Source of the DNA: Lingula anatina
Taxonomy: Eukaryota > Animalia > Brachiopoda
Direction of reading: 5' to 3'
DNA: 64,000 nt
Assembly (NCBI GenBank): GCA_051362555.1
Contig: CM120644.1
Location: forward strand, 24,388,534-24,452,533
The notes beneath the pieces are model-generated. The model was not told the DNA's origin and did not search any database. It was given only the letters and a program-made list of their open reading frames with translations. Made by a program: the position numbers and the translations under genes. The first letter of the stretch is position 1. Every line of letters starts with the position of its first letter. Below, one piece after another: positions 48,601-59,100 of this stretch.

Positions 48601-49514
48601 TTATATAGTGTATATGTATACAGAGTTTAATAAACTAGACCAAAAAGTTCAGAAACATCGTTATTTTGAATGATCATGAAATAATCACAGGTGCTAAGGT
48701 AAACATTTTAACCAAGTGTTTGTGGATAGATGACAACTGGCATACCTGAATCATCTTTACAAAATCAGAGCTATTCAGACTTGATGTAAAATTGTATTTC
48801 ATTTTAGAGAAACAATCTAAAAAAGACAATAAAAAGAAAAAGAAGAAGCAAGACGCTCCGGTACCAAAGGAAAGTGACGACAAGGGTGAGCACTAGGCTT
48901 TTGATCTCTGTTTGATGTGTGTCAATGTCCAATGATACAAAACTAATATCGAGGTCAAACTCATAATGCGGGTATCAGATACTAAGTAATCGTGAATTAG
49001 TTTGTACGTCTTAGGAAATACGCAAACATATAAAAAAGCAAAACTTTCTGAAAAAAAAAACTCATTTTCTTTTTTTTTTTTTCAACTAAACAGTTCAAAT
49101 ATCATTATTATTTGTAAACTATCAACGCACTCGAATTGCAGCTACAGTGCGACCGGTATATATCGTTTATGTTGTTTACAATAATAAGCATCCTTAAGCA
49201 CTCGATGAATGATTAAAGAAGAAGGGCAAACGTGTTTATTTGTGTCCTTTCCCTTGTTTGAATGTTATATCATTATCAACAACTGTTTTGAAGTAAGTGT
49301 TGCCAACTATATTCCAGAGACCAAGTCTTTGCTTGAGGAAAACAAAAGACTGAAAGAAGAGCGCATCTGTAAGATTTGTATGGATGAAGAAGTTAGCGTG
49401 GTATTTCTGCCGTGCGGCCATCTTGTCGCCTGTGTCCAGTGTGCACCTGCCTTGAGGAATTGCGCCATTTGCAGAACAGCCATCAAGGGAACAGTTAGGT
49501 CCATATTAAGTTAA
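34545..49514 (+). CDS. Chimeric NLR-IAP: HEPN(DZIP3-type)-coiled coil-CARD-truncated NACHT-BIR x3-UBA-RING, 1541 aa predicted (copy B)
   Basis: Exons 34545-35364, 35578-35646, 35955-36086, 36420-36460, 36837-39252, 39568-39732, 39991-40146, 40532-40707, 47879-47915, 48214-48552, 48808-48885, 49318-49514. All GT-AG, phases consistent, total 4626 nt; start context GCCATGG. Confidence 0.75.
36837..39252 (+). CDS. Large exon: CARD, NACHT (Walker [10 protein letters not shown]), LRR remnant, BIR1, first half of BIR2
   Basis: CARD LLIKDL...[16 protein letters not shown]; [21 protein letters not shown]; [10 protein letters not shown]; VITTRP; KIPVLLL; then two BIR signatures in the same stop-free frame. 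Confidence 0.9.
40848..41273 (-). repeat. 3' LTR of gypsy 2 (426 bp, internally deleted)
   Basis: Matches the 5' LTR minus 46879-47712; two substitutions seen. Confidence 0.95.
41513..45355 (-). CDS. pol: Pol polyprotein (PR-RT-RNase H-IN), gypsy 2
   Basis: LDTGS, YLDD, DTDAS/RELLA, HHCC and DDE motifs; uninterrupted 1280 aa. Confidence 0.97.
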   Translation of the reverse strand: MDRPMAEDVTGPVKEEGTAVGSVYISVKLPASNRLFLLDTGSDVTLISERIYQQMPRKSRPLIRETLKKVIGITGEELRVKGEITLNLNICGRQIKHTSIVANIASDGILGIDFLRKTSAKLDFSSFQLSIGENTTQLLTAEKDVATRSHILLTTSITIPPRSEIFTSGTLKRRGPTYTEGLVEPSQQLLSHSAVTLARGLVTLDGSPVPLRIVNVGEDEVILKENTVVAKVEGEKVHVNHAQLQDPVTIVKPDQLNVVPEHLTDLWERSSSELTPADREKLAKLLIQHRRVFATGPEDLGHTSLVQHEICTENEHPIRQPLRRLPISKVEEGDRELQRMLDLGIIEPANSSWASPIVLVSKKDGSTRFCIDYRRLNHVTKKDAYPIPRIDETLDTLHGSKWFSVIDQMMGYWQVAMHPRDKLKTAFITRRGLFQFKVMPFGLANAPATFERLMELILTGLHWEVCLIYLDDIIVFGKTVEEHLDRLALVLERLGKAGLKLKPSKCTFFKHEIQYLGHVVSEHGVSTDPDKIDAVKTWPTPRCVKDVRSFLGLCSYYRRFVRDFSKKAKPLQQLTEKDRAFEWNHEQEASFQELKAALIKPPILSFPAPEGQFILDTDASQDGIGAVLSQCQDGVEKVIAYASRSLSKAERRYCVTRRELLAVVHFTRYFRHYLCGRQFKIRSDHGSLRWLLNFKEPEGQIARWLEILGEYHFTIEHRPGQRHGNADGLSRRPCSQCKRQCPELAPTKVSRRVISTESREEGSLEPNWLPFISPQDLGKLQEQDLVFGKVMQWKKCGQRPSFETVCDQSEPLKRYWSQFDQLELKKGVLYRKWLVKKQGKSFHWQLLTPEPLRRTMFEHLHANPTGGHFGVHRTILALKERCHWPGMDTQIKLWVQQCDECGAAKNPIKKRRPKLKQSAVGAVMERIGLDIKGPFHVTDSNNRYVMVVSDYFSKWTEAYAIPNQETETVAKKLVEEFICRFGAPRKIHTDRGRNFESKLFGEICKLLGVKKTATTAYHPQSDGMVERFNRTIGVMLKIFTSKHQTDWDGYIPYLMMAYRATVHESTTLSPNRLMLGREINLPIDVMVGSPVDQEKTTLEYSVEMQMKMEEAFNIARRELGHAAKRQKKYYDLRSDEEKFCIGNMVWLYSPLRKKGLSPKLQCQWVGPFTIVDKLSDVVYKIQKSARSDVKIIHGDRLKKYRGSAVAPWFVPEDRHKTVATQTYDDESIDMPPETNPVPFTDEEDTSQQSNDDKSKSPSESQIDPVPPVSEGDSKSDPVQL
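45370..46500 (-). CDS. gag: Gag, gypsy 2 (no CCHC knuckle)
   Basis: FDGK..WDDF..Q.E......W..EE...L...LRGEA capsid motif; ends in U UUA AAC UAA. Confidence 0.92.
   Translation of the reverse strand: MEKKRGISPETRDRQDTGFSSTFTRSGNVLPPRYNPDIDLDDELLGVRRRIDEMEADLQATLNAAHRRVNPVPDISPPGTSTAMPSYADQRMYKTGPTIKLGTFDGKNCDWDDFRSQLEICSDNYRWTDEERSTHLAMALRGEAAQVLSDLPVEKRKKFQALAEALERRYSPRNKKELYRVQARTRRRKPKESISELAQAIRRLVRLGWPGEDERVRATFEREYFLDALDEPRLRLEVMRYRPRTLIEAEEVAIEMEACQEAETARNCLRKNDKVYARTADRVSEQEEISNGQIAKMNQLLEQLNNNLRAQSTEIENLRRASERGRQDHFQGNQRSMGNSVPVPNSNPAPVPMAPRPGGRFRSNNGPKPNNGPTLN
46555..47814 (-). repeat. 5' LTR of gypsy 2 (1260 bp)
   Basis: TG...CA ends; adjacent to the PBS. Confidence 0.93.
47055..47410. 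repeat. GC-rich 110-bp tandem array (~2.7 units plus shorter subunits) inside the 5' LTR
   Basis: ACCCACGGGAGAGCCCAACTTCCCGTTCTCC recurs at 110-bp spacing. Confidence 0.9.
48214..48552 (+). CDS. IAP UBA-domain exon (copy B)
   Basis: [14 protein letters not shown]...[24 protein letters not shown]. Confidence 0.88.
49318..49514 (+). CDS. IAP C-terminal RING exon (copy B)
   Basis: [17 protein letters not shown]...[23 protein letters not shown]. Confidence 0.93.
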
Positions 49515-49603
49515 TCTTTATGTAATCCTGGCCAAGAATAGCAAGGATTTTATCCAAATTGCACTATTATCTTAATATTTAAATACTAAGCTGAATAAAC
49601 TAA

Positions 49604-49817
49604 GACCCCATTCCCAGGGATAAGATCGATCCAACTGGATCGACCTAACTCCCTGGGGGTTCACGCTAAATAGCTGTCAGCCGAGCGGGCACGAAAGTTA
49701 ATTACCCCCTTACAGCTTGTAGTAGGCGGGACGGACATTTAAGCCGGATTATCTGATAGTAATCTAGTGAGACTCCCCACGGGGATATATCGATCTAAAA
49801 TATATGGGAATGTGCCC
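49604..49817 (+). mobile_element. PIF/Harbinger-type MITE, family 1 copy 3, in the IAP 3' UTR region
   Basis: TAA TSD; empty site in copy A at about 13275. Confidence 0.9.
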
Positions 49818-50970
49818 TAAGTATCACAGATTCAATGACATTTCCTGATCACATATTGCAAAGTGTAGTAACTACTATTCTCATTTTGACAGTTTTAAGA
49901 AAGGTTTTGTACCAAAACATTGGCATAGAACGACTATCATGAATATCATAAAAATTAAAAAAAAAAACGTTATTTATGAACTATGTCACTCGCTGTTATT
50001 TTTACAGCTTTTAAAGTCAGAAAATTACTCAAAAGTGAATTGTTTGCCTTTTTTCCAAGTTAAACATGTTAATGCACTATTCTTTATTCATTTATAACAA
50101 TTGAACAGAATGCAGATTGATTTTATTTATATGAATATTAATCTGACTTGACTTACTACGTGTGGCTAGTGCCTTATTACATTTTTTTAATATTGCAAGC
50201 AAACCTCTGGTGTAAAAATGTGTTTGTGTACTATGTTTATATAGGATTTTTTACAGTTTTCCTTATTGTTACTTTACAGATTTCAGAAATTGATCTATGC
50301 ATTGTCATTATGATAAAATCGTACGAAACGGGCGATATTAGCTTGGTACTTATTATTTTTAGTCATGACAATTATAAGTATTTTCCTAATCAATGTATAA
50401 TGTTTTATTAATTATACAGCATGTTTATTTGAGTCTATATTATTTATTACAAACCACTTTATGATAATTATTATAAAATGTATATTGTGTTAACCATGAT
50501 TATTAGCATGTTGTATTTTACTAACTTATAAATGATAGTGTTTGTATTAAATTTTTTTAATGATTATGTTTTTTAAACGTATATCTTAGTATTTATCATA
50601 TTTCATTTTGTAGAATCTCGCGAACGGTGTATAACATTTATGTTGATGTCAACATTGAAACCGTGCCATATAAGCTTTTTTTTAAGTTATGTAAATGTGC
50701 TGTTATAAATGAATTATACTACAGTCATCAAAGAGAGGCGATTTCTGATTAGACTTGAGTTGATGTGATATGAGATGTTTGATTTTTTAGACGAGCAGTT
50801 GGACATCATTATTTGATGATATCAGAAAATTATATAGCATGTGTTGCATAAAATGTAACTTGGTATCAATAAACGTACTAATCAAGACATGTACAATGTA
50901 GATATAATGTTGATATTGAGCATTATTAAGTATGAATGTTGATCAAGATGCACTGCTTAGAAAAAAATCC

Positions 50971-51139
50971 TGGTTGCAAAATGCGTTGCAGTTGCAAAAT
51001 GCGTTTTCACGATTTTCTTTGGTTGCAAAATGCGTTGCAGTTGCAAAATGTGGCTCTACTTAGTAGGACCGCATTTTGCAACTGAACGTATTTTGCAACC
51101 GGTTGCAAAATGCGGTCGGTTGCAAAATGCGGCTCTACA
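50971..51139. repeat. Cluster of direct and inverted GTTGCAAAATGCG motifs, probable MITE end
   Basis: About eight copies of the motif in both orientations, ending ...GCGGCTCTACA. Confidence 0.7.
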
Positions 51140-51559
51140 ATGCAAAGAAAGCAGCAGACAGCACTTATATTAATACCTTTAGCGGTATGCTTGAATGTAG
51201 GTCAAGTTATTAGCACATGGCACTAAACCCAATCAAGACTCCATACTTGCAGGACTCCTTGCATATGCATAGCCTCTGTATAGCGACACACATGCTAATT
51301 ACTATTTTTGATTAATTAACATGTTTGTTTTGTATTAAGACACAATGGCTAGTCGAACGCCAGGATTTCTAAGTGTGTAGGGCCTTGAATGAGTTTTTAA
51401 TTGGATTCCTTGACCTACAGGGTATATTCTTGTCTAGGGCTGTAAGTCCGTTTAGTGCTATGTGCGCTGCTGTTGTTCTCTACATTCCTCAAAGACCTAT
51501 GCACATTCATAAAAATTTGACTGGTTAATCAATCCCCAACGATTCATGTTCCTAACTCT

Positions 51560-52235
51560 AAGGGTAGATAGTAGAAATAAGGATGCGAAAAACAGAATCA
51601 ACCACCCCCAGGGACGGTCCAGCCAATTTATGTCATCAATAACCAGAAGGACCCATACACATCCCTAAAGACATGTTTTCAATCCCCATAGCCTTATATG
51701 GTCTAAACTTATATGGTCTAAAAGCAGATAGCAGAAATTACAACGTCTAATTAGATTCAACCACCCCCAGGACCAAACCCCAATTTCAAAAAATGCCCTT
51801 CCACATCCAAAATAATACTGTAGCTGCGTTTCATGTTTTTAACTCAAATGGCCAATACAATGGGCACATAGCAGAAAATACGTTGTAAAATTAGAATCAA
51901 CCACCCCCAGGGACGACCACACCCATGTCACAATAAATTTCCGAAGTGCCCATGCACATTTCTTACGATAGTATATTAATTCCCCAACATGTTTATTTTT
52001 AAATTCTAAAGATATAAGGGTAGATAGTGAAAAATACGATGTAAAATTACAATCATCCACCCCTAGGGACGGCCACACCCCCAATTTACAAAAAAAAAAA
52101 AAAAAAAAAACGAAATCCCATGCACATGCCTAATTTTTTTTATAAACGTTTCTACTTCCTTACTCTAATGGTTTATGAAATTACAATGGGAAATAAGTTT
52201 TATATTATCGTCCACCCCAGGAGCAGCCTGGCCAG
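51560..52235. repeat. Degenerate ~140-160-bp satellite-like array (5 units)
   Basis: ATCAACCACCCCCAGGGAC-like core near 51597, 51757, 51897, 52053 and 52207. Confidence 0.7.
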
Positions 52236-52379
52236 TTTCAGCATACATACTCGAAGCAAACCCGTCCCCACTCCAATTCTACCTGTTTCGTACTTCAAAC
52301 TGTTTCAGTGACTTGCAAAATAATGAAATAACTATCGCGCTTCAAAATACCATAATTCATCCCGACGTGTAGGCGTGTC

Positions 52380-53278
52380 GGTGATAAGGCCACGCCCCTT
52401 GCCACACCCCTGTCCAAGCCCCCAATCACGCCCTCCTACACCGTAGCTCTGCTTCTCTACCTTGGCACCCACGTGGGGGTTCAGGCCCTGGACACGGCAC
52501 TGGAATGCGGCACAGGGCAGAACCTCAGGCCAGACCTCTGGTTGATGAGCGTCACCGATCCCGCTCTATGGGAGAGGCTTACTCGAGCCCAGTGCTATGG
52601 GTTGAGCTTGCTCTGCATGCTGCTGCTCTATTTCCCCCTCCTTGCTTACGGCGCAGCGGCAATGGTGGTGGCCCTCTATCTTCAAAACAGAGCCAATGCC
52701 TACTCCGTAAGTTCCGGCAGAGATTGAGCAACTACGAACCATTGAAGGCGGCGGTGGTGTTGAGAGAGCGGATCATGTGGAGAAAAACTTACACGCTGAT
52801 TGAAGTGGATTCCTTTGTGGTGCGTATAATGTCGTTGGCGATTCTACTCTACGCCCACACCTTCCGACTGCCGCCCAAGAGCGCCACGTTTATTCACTGG
52901 CTGCGGCAGATCACCCAGATCGCAACAATTGCATCCGTTTTTGTCCCTCCTTGGCTCCTCATATCTGCTGCGTTTCTCGAGCTTCAGGAATCGTACGCCA
53001 AGCTGAGAAGAGAGATTGAGAGACTGGCGGTAGCCGGGTCACAAAGCGCGGACCACGGCTGGGACTTCGCACTCTCTGTCTTCTCTAACTCGGTGGAACG
53101 AACATCCGGGTACACTCTCACTGGCACGGGGGGGGGGGGGGGGGGGGGGGGGGCGATCGATCGCAATTGGATCGTCATTGTCAGCATTGGCTCAACCGCA
53201 GTATTATTTTGGCAGATCGTAGACCAGCTGACCGAAATCAACAAGATGGACCACGGTCGTCTGCTGTCTCCCAGCTGA
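52380..53278 (+). pseudogene. Intronless frameshifted multi-TM protein, possibly gustatory-receptor-like
   Basis: GC-rich coding-like island with several hydrophobic helices over two frames, switching near 52700. The C-terminus GYTLTG..IDRNWIVIVSIG..VLFWQIVDQL loosely resembles the GR/GRL TM7 region. Confidence 0.4.
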
Positions 53279-53619
53279 GGAAAGTGGGTCATATTATTCG
53301 GGTCGGTTGTCGCTATGGTTGTCGTAATGGCTATTTGCTTGAGACAACCCAGCGTTCAAGGGTTGCGATATCAGATCTCGTTTTATGAGGCTATTTTGGC
53401 AAGGCGTCCCCGACTTTGCTTCATAACTTATGGACTCCTAATAATAGGTTACGCGTCTGTACCGTTCGTTTTATTCCATATATTCTGCCCAACCGCGCAG
53501 GAATGCAGGTGTTCTGAAAGTCTGTTCGAGTGTTTGAACATCTAAAACGTTACCAGTATTTTATAATTATTCCAAGCATATAAATCGATGGGATCCTACG
53601 CCTATGACATAACGCCTTA

Positions 53620-54351
53620 AACCCCATTTCCAGAGATTAGATCGATCTACTTTAGATCGACCTATCTCCCTGTGGGGGTTCACGCTAAATAGCTGTCAGC
53701 CGAACGGACACCATAGTTAATTACCCCCTAAAGCACCCCGCACACGGTGAGCAATTGGCGCGCGCCACTTGCGCTGCGCCAGATGCTCGTGCTCCTCAGC
53801 TCCCCGCAAACGATGCGCTCTTTGGTCAGCAGAGGTGCCTCACGGCCTGCCCCTATCAGACGCACCGCGAACTGTGGGATCATGTGGTTAAGGAAACATT
53901 ACATATTTATTTGTTTTTCTGAAAGTAATGGCAAATGGTGACCACGTTAATCAATCAGACTAACTATAACTGTGTACATTTTTGTTTACTTTGCTGGGGG
54001 CTGCCATTTTTCTTTGTTTCCGGCTACCGGCACATGCGCATTGTTGGCATGGCGTGAGCAATCGGCGCTTGCACCCCGCACACGCTGAGACATTTGCCTC
54101 AAGATACCAAAAATATCAAACACGTGAGATATTTTTCTCAGCCGCGCGAGAGGCAAAAATCTCACCAAAATAGCCCCGCACACGATGAGAAAACGGCGCA
54201 GCGCACGTGGCGCGCGCCAAATGCTCACCGTGTGCGGGTCCCTTTACAGCTTGTAGTAGGCGGGACGGACATTTAAGCCGGATTATCTGACAGTAATCTA
54301 GTGAGACTCCCCGCTGGGATAGATCGATGTAAAAGCTCTGGGAATACAGCC
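53620..54351 (+). mobile_element. PIF/Harbinger-type MITE, family 1 copy 4, split by a nested insertion
   Basis: TTA TSD; halves at 53620-53731 and 54244-54351. Confidence 0.88.
53732..54243. mobile_element. Nested 512-bp Harbinger-type MITE, family 2
   Basis: ~48-bp TIR CCCGCACACGGTGAGCA.TTGGCGCGCGCCAC.TGCGCTGCGCC; TAA/TTA flanks at the host's internal TTA. Confidence 0.88.
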
Positions 54352-55831
54352 TTAATTTGTACATTATTTTTGTGCAGATAAATTTTAAAAAGTGGTGACG
54401 GGAGGTTTACAAAAGTGGAGGGGTGACTGCACACCTAAGTTACGCGTGACAGTTGGCCTCCACATATTATATTGTCTCTTTCACTGATGAAGCTGAATAG
54501 GTGAATATTGTAGTATAACAAGAAACTGATCCACGGTTTTCTTTATACATTTTCATGTTAAAGCCTGCGAAAGCTAACGTGAATTTGCTCTGTACGGTAC
54601 TGCAATTAATTCGCCCTTGTAGGCTATGCTATTACCTTGCAAATCGGTGGTCTGAAGGTCAATTGAAAATCGGTGAAGTGAATTGAAAGATGGGTTTTTA
54701 TATCGAGCAAACCATGATGAGTTTTATTCACGAGAAATTAGGAAGTGCATTGCCATAAATAATAAAAGCAACCTGTATCCGCTCATCAGATTGGATTTAG
54801 AGCGATCATTGGAGTAAAAATATTGCTCATAGCAACTGTACATTCAAAAAAGGTCCATTGCGGATTCCATTACGCCAAATAACCCCATGCTGACAAGGAG
54901 AAGTTAAAAAGGAGATTGTAAAAGAACAGTTTGCTGTTATCGAATACAGCTCATAAATTGTTTGACGTTAGACGTCAATTAGGCCGCGTGGACTGATGAA
55001 CAATAAATAACTACATCTATACTGACTGTGGAGATAGAATTTATTGAAACAAATGAATACGGATCACCGTTTTCATTTTTTTAACATGCTACAGTTTAGG
55101 TATCATCATTTAATATTCACCTGGCAAATTTTCTTGCTGTTACCCTTTCATGCATTTAACTAAGTAATATATTACGTTAAATTAATTACATAGTGACAGT
55201 ATGTAAGTGAACAATAGCGCTAGATACATTTATACTAGTGCTTCACTCACGGCACATTATGGTTCGGCAAAATAAACCAAATAACATAACATTTATAGGC
55301 ATATCTTACAATCTTTATTCCAGTGACCTAGTATACATCTTAACGTGCTGGTGGCGTGTACCAAACGACTTCGTATTAAGACAATTAATCTTCTCTTTCG
55401 CGTAAGGCTCTTCTGAGCTCCTCATTGTATTGCATAGTTACTATAAAATCAAAAGCAAGCTTCCCAAGAATTTTCGCAAATATGGACCTGTGGCACTCGA
55501 CGGTGTCATTATAATTAATGTTAAAACGGTGGTCGCATGTGCAAAGTTAAAGGAGACATTTGATAAACCCTCAACAACAAAATTATGGTGCTATTGGTAA
55601 AATGATGTGCAAATACTAAGAAAGAAATTGAGCCAATGAGCACTAAATATTCACCCTGTCTTGGAACAAAGGCACTTAAAATCAGTACTCTTCAAAGTTT
55701 TTATCTATCCATGCCTGATACCTTAATCAAACGGCGCACAGAAAAAATAATATGCTGCGAAGCAACGACTTAGCATATCTCTTATTGCCGTAGTATACAA
55801 AGCTCAGAAAGTGACATATGTGTCCAGTAGA

Positions 55832-56063
55832 TCAAAGCAATGAACAAGCTCTGTTTTTGTAATCTCCGGGTCTAAACCAAGTGTTAAAATAACAGACGTA
55901 TATCTTGCGTATGATGTTGTCATCTACGGTCACTGTCACCTGCAATTAAATTATTTAATGAACAGTTGAATTAATATATATGTTATTTTGCTTATATGCT
56001 AAGTGATACATGTATCATTTTTAAATTGGTTGACATAGGCACCAATTACGTAAACGCCACGCG

Positions 56064-56117
<54 letters not shown>

Positions 56118-59100
56118 TGAAGTCGCGGTCTGTTAAGTCTGTGCAGCAGGTAGAAAGTTGACAATGCGTGTTTGAATGACTCGCTATTAAATTTTCACAA
56201 TACTCAACTACCTGGCGGAGTTTCCAATTATTAACATAGTTTATTTTCTCTTGTCTCAAGTGAATCTCAATCTGTCTCAGTGAACCACAGAGGGGGAGCG
56301 TCTTTGTGACCGTATCCAAACTAAAAACAAACACTAATAATAATTGGTGCGAAAAAAAATATTTACTGCATGGTAAATTTTACGAGGAATAGTTTTTGCT
56401 TCGCCTTGCCACCACTTTCCATTACTCATGAACAAGATCTGTGGGTGTAATTTAAACTGCAAATATATGGTGCTATTTCAAGAACTCAAATCTCTCAAAA
56501 ACCTAATAATAAAGAATGGAGAAGACTTACTTTCCACTTTCAAAATTTCCCTGCACCTCGAATTGTGCCCTCTTCAACTTCCCAAATTTTTGAACCCCAA
56601 GAGTAACATCCACGCGCTCATCTGTTCCTGCTCCAACCGCCCTAGAGGTTTTAACACTGACAGTGTAAGTGCACCCTAAAAAACGAATATGCTTAATTAG
56701 GCCATGGTGTTCTGCAAGCTCCTTTATACAGGATGGCATATTATTCTGTTCTGAATTTATTAATTTATAAGGATTTGGGGATCGGAAAAGAGTCTGCTGT
56801 AATTTTTTTTATCCAGGTACATCTGAGACTCATAACAGCGAACTAGGAAAATTTTTGATCATTTTTTTAAAATAATGATATATTCAGAATAAAGTTTTGT
56901 TTGTTTGCTTGGTGTATAAAACCAGTGTCGCTTCATTCAAGATCCCCGTTTTAAAAGGCGGGAAATTGTTTGGGTTTGAAAGTCATTATCAAAGGTTATC
57001 TGTAGAAGAGATCCCTTTTCTACTTACTCTGGATCCGGTCCAGGCATTGCAATCCTTCGAAATCCTCCGTACATTGGCATTTGTATCCATCCGGTGCGTC
57101 GGAATCCGGTATGCATGATCCGCCATTGTAACAGGTAGCCAAGTCACACACTCGGTCTGGAATAAAATAAATGTTTATGTGAAGCTGTCTATTTTAATAA
57201 CAGAAGTGCAACATGATAAAACCTTAGTCAAAAGATGAACCCACGCTTCCACACTCTTCCGCTTTTAATTGTCCATTGGATATCTTAGTATTGCGTAGGC
57301 CTCCTGGCTGAACAATTTGCATGTCACGAGGTTAACGACCCTAACACCAATCATAATTATACCAGTAGCTATCAATTCTGCAGTACTTAGAACCAACCGT
57401 CTGCAAACTGCCGTTTTTCTAAGTCAAAATCAAAATGTTCTTCGATGGCATATCCGTCATTTACAACATCACCATATTAGTATGCGTTTGAATTGTACGG
57501 CCTAGAGCATCCGCATCAGATAGCCTTTGGAGACTGATGAACTTAATGATTTGTTAGGCAATGTGATTAAATGCCCGCTTCGCCGCTTTTAAATTGGAAC
57601 TAAGCTATATGCGCTGCTACACATTGTGTAAAATAGCTACAGCCCGAGAGACAGTACTCATGATTAAAACTTCAAATTGCGCGTGCGCGTACATACTTAT
57701 ACACTGTACATGTACCATGCACCATGCACAAGTACTGGTTTGTCGGGGCGGGAATGGAGGGCACGTACCACCTTCCTATGCGCTTCATATTACATTTTTA
57801 AATCCGCGCGAAACCCCTCCCTGTAACTACATGGAAGTCCTGGAACAACCATATAATAACAAGGCTTACTATAGGACATGGACAAAGGCATCAGAATCAC
57901 CATCGGGCAAGTTACACTATCGGGTATGGCACTGAACAAGTTAAAACGGGCAAAATAAAAGCACCTTGGAGTTTGCATTAAAAGTAACATCTCTTTGATT
58001 TTATTTTCAATCAATCGATTTCAACTTACCTTGACAATTTCTCCCAATAAAACCTAACTGGCATTGACAAGAATATGTATTTTGCTTGTTCAAGCAGTAA
58101 CCATTCCCACTACATTCTTGTCCGAAGCAGTGGTCCTCTAAGAAAAAGGGGGAAATAAAAGAGAACAGAAAACCACAGAAACAAAATTGAGATATCTCTC
58201 CATCGAGTCCACTTTGTTTGAGAGGATCTGGATCTGGAGAAATTGAAAGGCTCAAATATATTATTATTATTAAATGTGAAAAAAGGAATTAGTGAAGCAT
58301 GGTTTAAAAAGTTTGTTCGGGTGCATTCTGTACAGAAACAATCATTCGCTTCAGTGGAATAATAATATTTATAATAATACACCAATATCATCTTTATACA
58401 TGAAAATTCTCAAACACAAGCCTAAAAATTTCCGTACCGTTAGCTTACGTATAAGTGGGAAAAATCCCGGGTACAGGATATTTTGAACTCACCCTGGTCA
58501 CAGTTGGTCCCCATCCAGCCATCCAGGCAGTAACAGCTGTATCCGTCCACCCCAGACTGTGAACACTGCCCATGTAAACACGGGTTGCGAAAGCAGGGCC
58601 CATTTGCTGGAAGTATGAAATATTAAACAAAAACCTGGAATCACCAGAAGTTATTGCGTCAAATAGACCCCAAAACATTGAATTCTTTATAAGTGATAAT
58701 TCTTTTTTTTTCTTTTTTTTTGTGATCTAGATAGAGGAATGGAATAAAAGCTCTCTTGAAAGTACATTAATTACCATTTTCACAAGTCTGTCCGACAAAT
58801 CCAACTGAACACTCGCACCGGAAGCCGCCATTTTCTTCAAGGCACGTGCCGCCGTTGAAGCAAGGGTACGACTCGCAAGGACTGGTCTCTGTAAGCAGGT
58901 GAAAAAAGAGGTGTGCGATTTAGTATAACATGCATGGTGTCATATCATATCATATATAATATGTCGGAAAAGGGAATGAAGCATGGACGAACAGATATAC
59001 AATCATCAATTTCTTAAAACAAAAATTAGGCCTACGGCTAATAGCTGAGTGGTTGATTGATTTCTAATTACAAGAGATTAATAAAAATTATGGAATATAA

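Noticed and set aside
54482-54513. Second hammerhead (CTGATGAAGCT...GTGAATA)
   Set aside because: The GAAA box reads GAAT and stems II and III are broken; at most a dead Penelope terminus.
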